Below, one piece after another: positions 49,701 through 63,516 of a stretch of 64,000 bases of DNA (the first letter of the stretch is position 1; each line of letters starts with the position of its first letter). Location: contig OZ316897.1 of NCBI GenBank assembly GCA_973895155.1, positions 1,452,515 to 1,516,514 of the forward strand. Reading direction: 5' to 3'. The notes under the pieces are model-generated. The model was not told where the DNA came from. It did no database searches and worked only from the letters and a program-made list of their open reading frames with translations. The position numbers and the translations under genes are program-made. This stretch comes from Marsupella aquatica. Taxonomy: Eukaryota > Plantae > Marchantiophyta.

Positions 49701-52700
49701 ACAAGACACAACTACAGAGGAGGCATTGGGAAGGACACAAAGGTGCGGTGAAGGTACAAGGACCGTGGATCCTAACTTGTTTGCTGCCTTGGGAGGATCT
49801 GGAGAGCCCGAGGCGACATGCTTCATTGAGCCTGAGCTAGCTAAATCCAATCCAGGAGTTGTTGCGCTAAGGTGAGACTTTGAGTTTAGGGTTGCTTCAG
49901 TGTCCGAGTAGGTTTTCTCTTTGCGTCGGCAGCTAGAAGGTAAGCTCGGGGGCTTTACAAAGGGTTAGTGTTGCGGACTTTCCCTCCTGGACATTGTGTG
50001 TCTTCATTTGCAACTTGTTTGTGGACCTGTGATCCTGAGACTGTCAAAATTGTTGTGGCCGCACCGACAACTTGATGACGCGTTTTGTGGATGCACCGTT
50101 AGTAATTGCGAGTATAGCTCTCCAACGATTGCACTTACCATTTTTGACCACCTTGCATGATGTCCATCCGTGGGCTGGACCCCAAGAAGTAGATTTTGGT
50201 AGATTTTGGTAGATTTTGTCTCTGCTTGGTTTCATTCCTGTGGAGCACTGCTGTGATGGATGAATAGTGTTGTCTTGCCTTGAAGTGGGACATTGGATGA
50301 ATCCCTCATGCCTTGTCTTTTTCAAAAGCTCACAGTGTTTACCTTCAGCTATGGGCAGTTGACATCTTTTAGCATTCTTTGTGGTGGTGCCTTTGTTGCA
50401 GAGCTCCTGCTCCAACTGCCCCTTTTTCCTGGTAAGTTGTGCAACCTTGATTCCAGTATAGATTGAAGTATTCTTGTCTTAATTGTGTCTATGTACATAG
50501 TGTCCTTCATTGCAACTGTCGCTTTGACCTGCTGAGTTTTAGCAAAGTGAATAAGGCATTCTGCCATCATTCCAATCAACTTAAACAAAAATTGAGCTTC
50601 AATATGAACTGAGAGCATTTATCCCCTCCCTAGACTGATCAAAGTTTCCTAGCGAAAGTTTATATGTTTTAACTGTCCAAGTGTAGGTTTAACCGTGAAA
50701 GTTCAGGCCGCTACACCAAGTGCTGGTTGGTGGCCTAAGTGCAGGGTGGTAGGCGGAGTACGTTGCCCAACCTTGTTACTTTTGCATTGTTTGCCTATGG
50801 TGTTGGCATTTTCCTCACACTCATTCTCATCCTGCTATAATTGGCAATTCAACTATCCTCTAGAATTCAGTCAGAAGGTGAAGTATTAGTAAGACTACAT
50901 TTTCCCTTTGCTCACAATTGAATTTCATAATCCTACTTGTCGTAGCATTCTGCAAACGATCATGGTTTGCTTATGGCCATTATTTGCAATTTTCTGCTAC
51001 TAAGATGTCTTCTTCTGAGCAGCATACACCGGAAGTAAGCAATAGTGGAGGTTTAACTGCACATCAACACATCCAGTGAACTACCTCTCTGTTGCGAACT
51101 GCAGGGTGAGACTTTCACTCTTTTTGGATATTGTAGTTTGTAAGCAAGTTGATTAGGACTGTTTCATGCTATGTTTATACTGTGACCTCTAACTGGAACC
51201 AAGGGAATGACACAGTGAGTGGGAACTGATAATTTAAGGTTGGTTGTTGTTGGTGAGGCAAGTATAGCTCCTGCTCACCTTGCTGATCGAAGGTGCTTAT
51301 CAGAGGACGTGAAAAGAGGACATCTCCACAAAAGTAGCACTTATGGTGAGGACCCGCAATGCTAAACATGTGCGGCTTGCACGCAAGGCAGAGATGTTGC
51401 GCCTTGAGTATGTCAGATCGACTGGGGATCCTTCCAGCCCAGTCTACATGGTACTTTGAGTACCCTATTCTTGCCAGGAACAACTACAGTCGGCCTCTAC
51501 CTGCTTCAGTACCCTTCCCAACATCCTTGGTATTTGTGTCTCTTGTACATGACCCACCACAAATTAGGTGCCAAGGGTGTGTGCACAGTTGCCAATATGA
51601 CTGTCCTGCCTGTAGGGCTTCTGGCCGAGAGTTGGATGAGCGTTCTCTTGGATGTCGGTTTTTGCACAAAGCACAATGTATCATCTGGAACCACTCGCCA
51701 TCCTGCAGTGTGCCTGGCGATGTCACTTGTCCTGCCCTCCCAGACCCCAACACCGGTGCCTTTGGTGTCTACACATGTTTGGATCACACGCTCTAGAGGA
51801 CCACTTGTCTCACCGCATGCACAGACCAGAGACCATTGACCTATAACTTAACACTCTGACTTGAATAGAGAGGATATTTACTTAAAATTTTGAATTATGA
51901 GCAATTTTGGGTCCAGGGTTTAGGGTCAACAGTACATAACTTATCCTATTATGGCTGCACTAAGTACAATATCCTAATTTAAGAGGCTAGCAAGCTCACT
52001 TAAAAGTCTCCTTTCAAAGACTGGAATTTATGGGCCATGTGATAACCTGGAAAAAGTGATTTATGCCTAACTTATTTGTCTCATTCACTATCATAGCCTA
52101 TTTAGGATGTATAAATTACAACCCTGATCACACTGCTTGATACCAATCCTGTTCGAAAAATGCCTGTTTTACATGTCACGACTATTGTATGTGATTCAAA
52201 TGCATTAAATCTTGTTGCAGATCTCCTTTGGTGAATCATAGCCACAAAATTGAGGTGTAGGTGGAGCTATTGTACTAGGGGATCAGTTTTCAGAGTGGGC
52301 TCAACAAACCAAAAAGTATGTATACTCTGCATCTGTGTGTGATCATTTCATTGCAGTAGCAATTGCCACTCTAGTCTATATGCTACATTGTACTTTTTGT
52401 ACACTGCTAAATTGTATTGTCTGTGCACTTTGCTAAATTGTACTATCTGTCTCATGGGTAGGCATGGCACGCCCTAAAATCCGAGCCAAGAAGCGGGGGA
52501 CACTAGAAGAATCCGAGGTGAATTGAGACCGCAATATGTGACTCATTTTGGCTCATGTGACTTCATTGTGACTCAACGTGACTTGACCCACGCTGTGACC
52601 CTTGGAGTTGCAAAAGTTGAGACCAAAAAATGGAAGTCACTATTGATACTGGGCTTTGTGACTTCCTTGATACCCATTTGTGACTGATCTGTGACTTTAT

Positions 52701-53355
52701 TGTGGAGTCTAGCCTTGTTTCTACGTGACTGCAATATGACTTAAAGGAGTCACATGGTAAGTCACATACATGACTTACCCGCATTCAACAACGACTAGCG
52801 TGTGACCATTTAGTGTCACAGGAGAGACCAATGGAGACCCTGGCCCGGGTCACACAACAAAACCATTTGGGACTCTATATCATCATGTTTATAACTAATA
52901 AGGTTCACATGCAAGTTGTGACCATGACTAATGAACACAGAGGTATAGTTCATAAGGAGAGAGAGCACTCCACATTACAATACATAGAAACCTGATGTTC
53001 TAACTTTAGAAATATAACACATTGAATACAAGAAATGAACATAGCATGAATGACATTCACATGAAACAAAGCATCATATAAGGAGATCCTACACAAAACA
53101 TTAATAAGAATTAAACAGAATCACAATCTTGCTCAAAAATGTAGATCATTTGAATTCCAATGGAATAGTTTACAATGTGATTAATGTAATTCAGACAAAA
53201 CAGGAACTCATAATTGATGACTGCATGATGAGATAACTGAAAGCACATGCATGATACTAAGAATCTCCAAGAGGACATGATTCTTGTACTCCTTGTTGAC
53301 ATCTAAAATCTACATAACATGACTCACACTACGAACAAATAATGGCATGACATTG

Positions 53356-56300
53356 TTATGGATCCTCTATGAACTTGCTTGGCCATAATACCAAAGAACC
53401 TGCAGCATCTCCAAGTGTCTTTTGAGGAGGATCATCATTTGTGTTTGGAATGGGAAGGACAGCTTTAGGTTTCACTAGTAATGTGACTAACACTACTGAA
53501 TAACCTGGGGGAATCCTCTTGCCATGGAACGTTGTGGAACCAACCTGCACTCTGCCAAATCCTACTCATGTTCCACTCTCATCAACAGCTAACAAGCCAC
53601 TTTGTCCCTCAGCATTAGGTGCTTTCTCCACTTCCACCTTAGATCTTTCTGCCAGCACCGTTCTTGGAGGTTTGTATGAAACCTTTGACGTGGCTCTGCT
53701 CCCACCAGCAGACTTGCTTCGTTTGCGCATGCTTCCTCTCTTCACAGTAGTGAAGCTAGGCTCAGTAGGTTCCTCTGTTAGGACTGTCACAGTAGCAAGT
53801 TCACCACCTGGGAGTGTCATACCAACTAACTCTTTGGTTGGATTTATCTCAACAAGAGGCACACTTGTCATTGAGAATGATACATTCTGCAAATCATTTA
53901 ACTCTGCAATGGAGTCAAGATCTACATAGCATGAATCTGGCTCAATGGTATCATTGTCATGCTTGCTAATATCCTCATTTGCCCCAACATTGATATCATC
54001 CACTCCCTTGCCAATGTCATCCTCATCCAAACATGTTTGACTACCCTCTGTCAAACAAGTTGCTTGTACAGACTGCAACTTTGTTGCCTCTAAATTACAG
54101 CGAGTATTTGCCAGGTTCTCATACTTCTTCTCTGCAGCACCTGTCTTATTCTCTATGGACACAACAACCACAATATATGTTACTGAAAATAACACATTCA
54201 ACAAACTATGTCAATTCAAACTATACATTTACTAATCATATCCCACACAATTGTAAAGGCCTTACCTTCAAGCCTACATGTCGTTGGCATGCCAGAAGAG
54301 TGCATCGACTTTGCCACCTCAAGTGGTGACGGTGGAACTCCTGCAAAATTGGAATCAATTTTATCTCTCACCGACACAACAGCTTCCATTAATGTCTTGA
54401 AGTTCACATGGAACAAGTCAGTCAATGAATTCAAACGTTCATTGATCTCTGGAAGACATGTTTTGACAGCCTTCAAACGACCACTTATCTTTGTAAGTGA
54501 AGATCCACCTCCCTACATGACACAGGGGTATAGGTTCAATCACTCCATATGAAATGTTGGGCAATATATGCACAATCAATGTTATATACAGTGTACACCT
54601 GAAATTCAACGCAGGTCATTCAATTACCAATCAGAACTCATATAACTTACATGCTTGGAGGATTCAGATGCACCCTCTTGAGCCTGGGTGTTCACAATTT
54701 CAGCCCTCAACTCTTCTTTTGAAGGGCTTTGCCCCAATTGGGCTTTCTGCACATGCATGGCAAACACAAGTTATCATTATTATTCATGGAACGTACACTA
54801 AAAAACAAAGTTTACATGTATGGGTTTACACTAAAAAACAGTACATAGTGTAGCATAAATTACATACCTAGGCCATTGATTCTTACCAAACGTTTTGCTA
54901 TCGGTGCAGTGCCGGTCCTTCCTGTCAGATTAGGGTTCTGAACACTCAACCTGGCCTCGGTCATCTGTGAACTCTTCTTTTTCGAAGCATCTGTTACAAA
55001 ATAAGCTACTAACCTTGCCCACACTTTATCATCACAACTGGCTGGTGGAGGCATATCTGGCTTCTCCCCACCTTCCTTCCAAGCCTTATGCATTCTCCAC
55101 CTCTCTTGCTTTATGATTTAACCTGCTGTACTCTCTAGGAAACCTATGTCCACGCCATCATCACTGCCCACATAATTCCATTTGGCAGCAACATTTTCAC
55201 ATACAGTCTTCCAATCTTTTGGATGTTGTTTTTTAAAATTAATAACACTCACATCTAACCAACGCAATACTTCAGCTTTCAAATCAGCATGCCAACGGTT
55301 CTTACGAGGACACTCATCATCCACCCATTGTCTCTCATTCAACTTTACGTTCCCTTTCTTTGTCACCTCCCCTCGTGCACTGCTCTCGGTCAACCTAAGC
55401 AGACTTAGAAGGGAAAACCCCTTTACCGGAAATAAGGAGAGAAACAGGCCAAAATCCAAGCCGGGTGTTCGAATGTACGTAGGAGTCTCAAGCTCTGAAT
55501 CTGAGGAAGAATTGCCTGAAGCTCCTACCGACGAAGAAGAGAGAGAGAAGCCGGAAGTCCAAGAAGTAGAGGAGGCAGTGGAGGACTGCAGCCAGGATAA
55601 CTCCGGCTATGGGTCGGACCATCACGTTCCAGGAGTAAGGACCTGTGGCCGGTTTATCCCCACACTTCCAAGGGTAGTACGAGGGGACCCCAACCAGCAG
55701 AGTAGCCCTGAGTCTCCCCCACCAGATGTTGCTCCCCCGAGCTTTGACGGCATAACACAGACGGCACTGGAATTTCAGGAGCGAATCAGGCAGGAAGAGG
55801 AGGCAGCCCTGGCTAGGGAAAAGGATTTACCAGGAGGAGATTGGCCGGAGGACATCAGGTGGCTAGCTGAAAGAGGAAGCAAACCTCTAGCCACGATTGA
55901 AGAGATCCGCAAGACGGCTTGGGAGCAGAGGCCGCGATGGACGATGCCGATCACTTCTACTTACTCCACCTACGCTAAGAATAGAGCCATGGAGTATGGT
56001 GAGATGTGTGGGGAACTTGCGCTCGGCATCTTTGGGGAGGAGTTGGAGGTCTAGGACCCTTTTTCCATAGGGAGCAGTTGGAGAAGCACCAATTAGATGA
56101 AGCGGTGGCTTTAGAGAGAAGCAAGAAGGACGAGGTCATCCGGCGGCTTAGAAGGATGGAAGCCGAGATGGAAGATCTAAGGACGGCCAAGAAAACCCAA
56201 GATGAACTGCGGATTAAGCGGCATGAGCTAAACATCATGCAGGGGCAGTTGGACACAGCGCAGGCTGATGGTCAGATTATCAAGGATAAACTGACTCAGA

Positions 56301-58689
56301 CCCAGGGAGATTTGGCCGACGCAATCAAGGACAGGGAGAAATGGAAGAAGGAGTTGAGAGACGCAGAGGACTCGAGGATATCCACGGAGCCCTTGAGCAG
56401 AAGGAGGCCGAGTTAGGGAAATCCTATCAAGGGATTATTGCGCTGCAGCAGGAGCTTGCGTCCCTAACGGCCAGCTTCAAGGCCGACCTAAGGGAGAAGG
56501 ACGGGATGCTCGATCAGACTTATGCCAAGATGAATAAAATGGAGTCTGAGGTCGTAGCGGAGCTCGACAAGGAACTAAGAGCAACCCAGGAGGAGGGGGC
56601 TACCTTGAAAAAGGAATTGGAGGAAGCCCAGGCGGAGCGAGAGGAAGTCAAAATCGAGCTGGAGAGGGCACGTAAGGACCTGGATGAGACCCAGGAGGAG
56701 TTGGAGGAAATCATGAGGAAGATGGAGAATCTACAGCGGCAGGCCGACAACCAAACAGAGCGGCTGAAGAAACAAGCCGCAGTATTTAAATGCTTAGCTA
56801 CAGCAGGTCCATCTCCCGTTGGGGTGAACCAGTTACCAGGGGTGGTAATTGCCGAAGGACCAGCCGTGACACACGGCCCGGTGCCGGACATGGGCGGCAA
56901 AGGGAAGGAACCAGTTGTGGAAATCGTGAAGAAGAAGAAGCGGAAACCTTCGGGGTCCGGAGGTTATTTGACCCCTCAAGCCTTACCCAAACCGACACCA
57001 ACCTCCGGCATGAACACGGCAATTGATTCCGCTATCACCAAGGGTGGGGATGGCGCGGCCCAAGCCGAGCTACTCAGTAATGAGGCCGGTATTCCAAATC
57101 CACCTCTTGAGCAGGCCGGGGAGACACTGGCCGAAACCGTGGCCGAAGCTGAGGCCGTAGCCGAGAATGATTCTCGAGCCGATGCCGAAGCCGAGGGTGG
57201 GCCTAGTCAGGCCGATGGAGAGTTGACTCAGTCAAGGGCAGGTAATCTGTCAGTAGATGGGCCAACGGCAGTGGCTGAGGAGGAAGCGTTGGGGGCGTCC
57301 ATTGGGGATCCACCACCGGTGTCGTGACGGTGCAAGGGCGCCGTTCCTTTTAGGAAGGGCGGACGTGGAGGTAGGAGGCGTGAGTGGGCAGGGCGGGCAC
57401 TGATCTCCAAGTTTAAGATTAGGATCAGGACTAGGAAGCGGCCCTGACACTTTGCTTAGTGGGATTGCGGTTCCACTGGTAGGAGCAACACTTGTGCTCC
57501 TGCCTCGTTGTACATAGGTAGATCTGGGCAGGTAGATTACTATTAGGTAGATTAGGCTTACGCTGCAAAGATTAGGCGAATCCGCTACCAAGATAAGTAC
57601 CTGGGCTGCGGGGAGCTCAGGGCCTCTTCTTTAGCAAGTTTTTAGTTTGCACCAGCCGGGCTGGGATCAAGTAGTAAGAGAAGCTCTCGGTTAGTCATAC
57701 TGTGACCTTGTGTATATTCATGTTTCCTCATGCCTAAGAGTTGAATAGAGTTGGCCTCACGGCTTAGTTCGCAGAGCTTGTGTATGAGATGTACTGTTTG
57801 TATGGCAAGTGCATGGTATGACTCAGTCAAAAGGAGTCATTTTACTATTTGTGTGTCGCATTAACTTGTGTGAAGAGTGCCCACATCAACTAATAGGAGA
57901 AGGAAAGTAAGCAAGGGAGTGAGAGTTGGATGTGTCGAGCTGAGAGAGGTCTTAGCGGCTTAACCAAGCCTATTGGGGATCATTCCGGCGGCGGAATCCA
58001 AATATACCCAACCAGAAGGAGAGGAAGACAAGGGAAGGCCTAGAGTAGGCCGGCTTCATATCTCAGGACCCGATGAAGGATCTGTCCAGTATATGTGTGT
58101 AAATTGTTAATAGTAGTAGTAGAAGGAGGTTAGCAGCGTCCCATGCCGCTAAGCCGCGGAAACGGCCCCGCCCAGCGCAAAACCTGTAGGAATCGGCTTG
58201 TGCTGGGGGTTTCTTGGGTTTAGGGAGCCGTGGGACACACCACACACAGCATCCATGTCATCTCCACATTCTGCCATTGTAGGTACGACCTTCTTGCTCA
58301 ACCTGTCACTCCGACGCACAGGCCCAAAGATAGTGCTGGTCACCCTTCTTGCATACTCCTTTTGTTTCTCTGAAAAACCTGTTGCTCTGCGACATTCCAA
58401 TATGAGAATACAGTCACAATTTCAGTGCCACATTGAACTATTCATGTCACACAAACTCAGCGGAGGGGTGTAGTTGAGAATCGTTCCCTTACAATTTAGC
58501 CACATCCTTTTCCAGATCCAGTTCTGCAATTTTGGCTTTCACGTATGCTCGTTGTTCCATAGCTTTCCTTTCATACTCACACATCTCTGTGTCACTCTGT
58601 TCCATCCTACTGGACCACAAAAACATGTCATCTATGGTCACTCCGTATAACACAATGCAACCACAGTCACCAGGCATCCATCCATACAT
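53356..58689 (-). pseudogene. TnpA-like spliced gene of CACTA 2, interrupted by unit B
   Basis: MCEYER N-terminus; W..LV.YF...KKKS.QM..AR; C-terminal FHGKRIPPGYSVV...LPIP...TLGDA.GS.VLW. Confidence 0.75.
55393..58244 (+). mobile_element. LTR-like unit B, paralogue of A with its left end deleted
   Basis: Ends CACCACA followed by CACAG. Only CA of the expected left TSD remains (55391-55392). ORF pieces 55182-56054, 56006-56416 and 56341-57327 match the A protein. Confidence 0.8.
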
Positions 58690-58757
58690 CTGTGTTGCTT
58701 CAGAATTACTTTATTACACATCCCCTCACTAATGTCCATGCAAACAATTCATATTAC

Positions 58758-61700
58758 TCATGGCACAGGCACACTGTTGGTATCTGCATCTCTGAATTCG
58801 CCTCCTTCAGCAAATGCATCTACCCTTGTCACAGGAATGAAGTCCCCGCTATCATGAACTACAGGCACTTGGTCTGAACGCCGACGATCAAAGGCACTAT
58901 GAGAGTGTAAATGAAACTCAAGGTTTGATCCTTCCATCCGATGTTGCCTGGCCTGTTTATGACACACTACACGCCAACTTGGGGAGTCTTCCACATCCAG
59001 GAAAAAAGCTTGCTCCACCTGACTGGGAAACACAAATGGCTCAGACCATTCGGGCAATTTCCCTCTGAAATTGGCCAACAAGAAACCGTCATTGTCTCTC
59101 TTCATGGTAGCCCTATTACCAAGCCAATCCTACCGCACCCATGAACCTTTCATAAGAATCACAGGACTGGACACCGCCCCATAGTCCAGAGCCCATATGT
59201 CAACTAATTCTCCCACATATCCCATCTCCATCCAGGCCCTGTCGTGATTGTGGCTCTGTTGCTCAAATACAGTGATGAGCCCACAGTCATTTGTCACCCT
59301 GTAGGCACTATCACCATCCTTCACTCGAAAGTGATTCCCATATGCTCTCATCCGTTTGTAAGTCTTCACTTTCAGGCTAGGGGTATTAGACAATAGGTAA
59401 CCGTCTGCATCCATGTCTGGGTGGGTCTCGTGATGCTCTCTAATTGCCACTCTAATCCACTCCATGAAACCTGGAAAAGTTGTTCCTGCAGTGGGATGGG
59501 CCGCCTTGAATGACTCATACTCCCTGAACACACAACCACATAGCATTAGCTTGGGTAAATATGAACAGGCTGAAGGAGAAAATCACATGCACACAACATT
59601 TAAGCTCATGAACTGGATTATAGCACATGTATGCACTCACTGTATCCAAGGTTCCATCACCACAGTGTTGTGCAATACAAAGTCATGTGCCAAGTCTCTC
59701 ATAGATGTGGTTAGCTTCTTTGTGGTTGCAGCCCCTTCCAGTACTTCACCTATCACCCCTTCCTCCTCATCAGAATTCCACACCCTGGTCTTCACATGCT
59801 CATATTGTGCTATGTATTCGGTCAGAAATCCCAGAGTCTCATCCTTGATGTAACCTTTAGCCATGCTTGCTTCAGGTTTGTAATATGTTCTCACGTGACC
59901 TTTGAGTAGCTTCATGTACCGTTCCAAAGGGTACAACCAACGAGCACTCATAGGCCCAAATTGGTGTACCTCTTCCACAACATGGACAAGTAGGTGGGTC
60001 ATGACATCAAAAAATGCGGGAGGAAAATAAATCTCCAGGTCACACAGCACCTGAGCGACATCTTCTATCAGTTGTGGGAAGTGTGTTTCATCCCAAACCT
60101 TCACACAAATACGACGAAACACATCACTGAGTCGCATGATCACATTACAAACAGGCTTCTGCAACAGGCCCCTCAGACATAAAGGCAACACCTGTTGCAT
60201 CAACATATGGTAGTCATGGCTTTTCATACTACCAAGCTTTCTAGTCATGATATGCTTCTTGAAAGCACTGCCATAGTTTGAAGGAACCTTCAAAGAACTC
60301 AACCTCTGCACAAATAATTGCCACTCTGTGTCTGTCAGAACATAGGGCGCTTGGCACTTCAAGAGCACATCAGCTCTGTGGGCATGTGGCCTCAACCAAA
60401 GATGGGGTTTCATTCCCCTCTGTTCAAGATCCAATCTCACTGAACCAGTGTCTTTCTCTCCACACAAGAATCTGAGTAGACTCTCACAAATATTCTTCTC
60501 AATGTGCATAACATCAATGTTATGTTTGCTTGGCTCAAACTCCTGCACCGTTGCAATGCAAAAGCGTCAACAAATGCCTCAAGTTTAGTCTCTCTCTTCA
60601 AAATGAATGCACATGCTCTGAACCAAAACATGTATCCCAATTAGCATCAACTCCAAGAGGCTTACCCTCCAATACTTGAGCTCCAAGTCCAATATGCTCA
60701 GTCTTTTTACACCATATCGCTTTATTGGATCACTCACTCCATCTTCCCTGCCCCCTCGTTTGATATAGTCATCCCTCAGTGCTCCCCACTGCCTGATCTC
60801 CTCTTTGGTCACTCGTGCCGGGGGTCCACGTTGCTCAATCTCATTGCCAAAGTGTGCAATTAGTGCCTGCCTTTCTCTGTAAGGGTGATCTGCCTTCAAA
60901 AAACGACAATGGCCCATGTATATCACTTTCTGCAGGGCTCTGGAGTACTCACTGGTGACATTGCGCCCACGGATAGTACAAGCACAATATCCTTTTGTTG
61001 TTTGGCCTGATATCATCCCATGGGCTGGGTAGTCAGCTATAGTCAGAATGACGATGGCTCTAAGGATGAATGGGTTTAACCTCCCAAGCCTCTGTAGGAC
61101 ATCATATGTGAGGACTCCTTCCTCCCAAAGATTTCTCAATTCCTCCACTAGGGGAGCCGGAAACACATCTATGTTGGCAGATATAGCACTGTCTGGCCCT
61201 GGTATCAGTAGAACCATCAGAACAAAAAATCGCTTTGTAGTCATCCAAGGAGGAAGGTTATAATTCAAAATAGTTACAGGCCAACACAAAAATTTGTTGT
61301 TCTTGTCTCCAAATGGGTTTACCCCATCCAATGACAGCCCAAGTCTGACATTCCTTGGCTCAGCAGCAAATTCGGGATACATCTCATCTATGAGTTTCCA
61401 TTGCCTTGAATCTGCAGCATGTCGTTGTAGCCCATCATCACTTTTCTTGTCAGTTGCCCAAGTCATCATCTCCGAGATGGCACGGCTTCTGAACATCCGC
61501 TGAAGTCTGGGAATGAGTGGAAAATGACGAAGTACCTTGGCGGGAACCATAGACTTTCCTGAGTTCCGATACCTGTGCTTCCCACACATAGGGCATGTCA
61601 ACAATTCTCCATACTCCTTTCTGAAAAGAACATGCCCATCAGGACAAGCATGGATCAAATCATAGTTCAATCCAAGATTAGATATGCATCTTTTTGCCTC

Positions 61701-62446
61701 GTACATGTTCTTGGGCAAAATATTACCATCTGGTAGCACAGTTGTTCGCAAGAATGCCAACAACTCAGAAACCAAAATGTTGGGGACATTGTGGTTGCCG
61801 CAAATGTTCAAGAACATGATGACAAATCCCAGTTTAGAACATTTGCTACCAGGGTACAAAGACTTCTTGCCTTCCTGTATTTGCAGGGGAGAGCCAAACA
61901 TCTGATCATGCCCAGGGGTTTCCTGCCCTATCTCAAACTCATCAAGAGGCTCTTTGACAGGGGGCACACTTGCATCTGCAGCTGTATCCTCTTCGTTGTC
62001 CAACCCATCGTGAAATGCATCCAAGTCTTGGAAGATGTCTCTCACCATCTCTTCCACATGAATTCCTTCGTCACGTGGTGCTGCCTGAGCACCATCCCGT
62101 TGGAGAGCTGACAACTCACAGAGCCCAGCTACAACATTTTCAAATGCACCAAGCAGAACCTCCACTCCTCGTCGGAAGAATCTTCCTCTGCAGGATCATT
62201 CCAAACTTGATGTCGTGGATCTCTTCCATGAACCGCAATATGCCGCCAAACCTCATTCAGACCCCTGGTACGGGATCCTTGGCAGATTGCACAAGGACAT
62301 CTCATCCTACTGGCTCCTGAAAGTCTGGTTTGTAACCTTTCACGCTGCCAAAGCTTATTATCATGGCGTGATATCCTTGTGGGATGATGCAAAGGCAGTG
62401 CCTGTGCCCTGGGCTGGGTCTGGGGAGGGTGGTGACCAGGGTGCAT
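58758..62446 (-). pseudogene. CACTA Tnp2/TnpD transposase of element 2
   Basis: RCPCAIC zinc finger, IHACPDG, RNVRLGLSLDG, NYNLPPW, DVMHIEKN, MKSHDYH, FPPAFFDVMTHL, EPFVFPSQVEQ. Spliced; at least one frameshift near 62165. Confidence 0.93.
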
Positions 62447-62791
62447 TGTAACAGGTTGGGAGCTCTGCAGTCATGGACAGCAGTGAACAAGGATGCCTAA
62501 TGGTGGTATTTGTGTTCCATATATCCCTGACTGTATCTGCCAAAAGAGTTAACATAACGTGTACTAAATTCTCACAAACCCTAAACCACCCCAAAAGAAA
62601 AAACAGGTTCGCGAGTAGTGTACCTATTGTCGAGTGAATGACACAAAATTCCTAAATGTTGGAGGGTGTCACCACCTCCTCCGCTGTCCTCAAATGTACC
62701 GCCTCTGCATGTACACCCATGACCATATCAGAGTCCAATCATGTATAGTCACAGGCACAGGTGTGAGAGCGGTATCACATATCTCACCTTA

Positions 62792-63319
62792 TTACCAGGT
62801 GAGATATGGGTACCAACCCTGTTCTCGATGCCACTCAGACCTCAGGTACTCAGGCATGTACATTAAATCATCAAGGTCTAAACCCTGCTCATGCCATGGG
62901 GGTCTTGCATCCGTGCCTACAAGCAGTGGATGCAATGCCCTCCACTGGGGGCAAGTTGCTACCAAGTCCCTCCACCGTGTATTAATTTGTCTATATTTGC
63001 AGATATCTTGTGCACAGGACACCACAAGAACCCTCGGCCATACATGTGAAAGAACTATATCATCTGCCAAATCAGGCAACAAGGAACCACCTACAACATT
63101 GGGCTTGTCTAACTCATCTGCTGAAAAGTAGATGTCCACTTCGGACTGTGCATCCTCATTCACGATAGATTCAGCATCTCTTGCATCCTCAGGCGGTGCC
63201 AAGAAATATTTTAGCACCAACCCATGCAAGAGAGTCCTAACTGTGGCCAGCCATATGGCAACCCGGAGGAGGAGCCGTAATAGCGCCTGTTGATCTAGGA
63301 AAGGGAACATACCCACCAA
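62792..63319 (-). CDS. F-box-like protein
   Basis: LLPDLADDIVLSHVWPRV...KYRQINTRWRDLV fits the F-box pattern LP.L..D+...+..R+...R.V...W..LV. Confidence 0.6.
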   Translation of the reverse strand: MVGMFPFLDQQALLRLLLRVAIWLATVRTLLHGLVLKYFLAPPEDARDAESIVNEDAQSEVDIYFSADELDKPNVVGGSLLPDLADDIVLSHVWPRVLVVSCAQDICKYRQINTRWRDLVATCPQWRALHPLLVGTDARPPWHEQGLDLDDLMYMPEYLRSEWHREQGWYPYLTW

Positions 63320-63516
63320 AGTCTACCGCCGAGATTTGAGCCCACCCAGTACGTTTACAGTGACACCCCCAGGCAGCAGGAAACAACAATCCGCCAACAA
63401 TAAAATAAGCCCAACTGCCACCAACCATAACAAGGTACATTAGTTCAAAGATCACATTTATTTCAATGATCTGATTTATACAAAAAAACTTGTGTCCAAA
63501 CTGATGCTACTACTCC

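Noticed and set aside
51359-51796. Cys-rich ORF as a zinc-finger gene
   Set aside because: Spacing matches no family I recognise, and several overlapping ORFs here look like chance.
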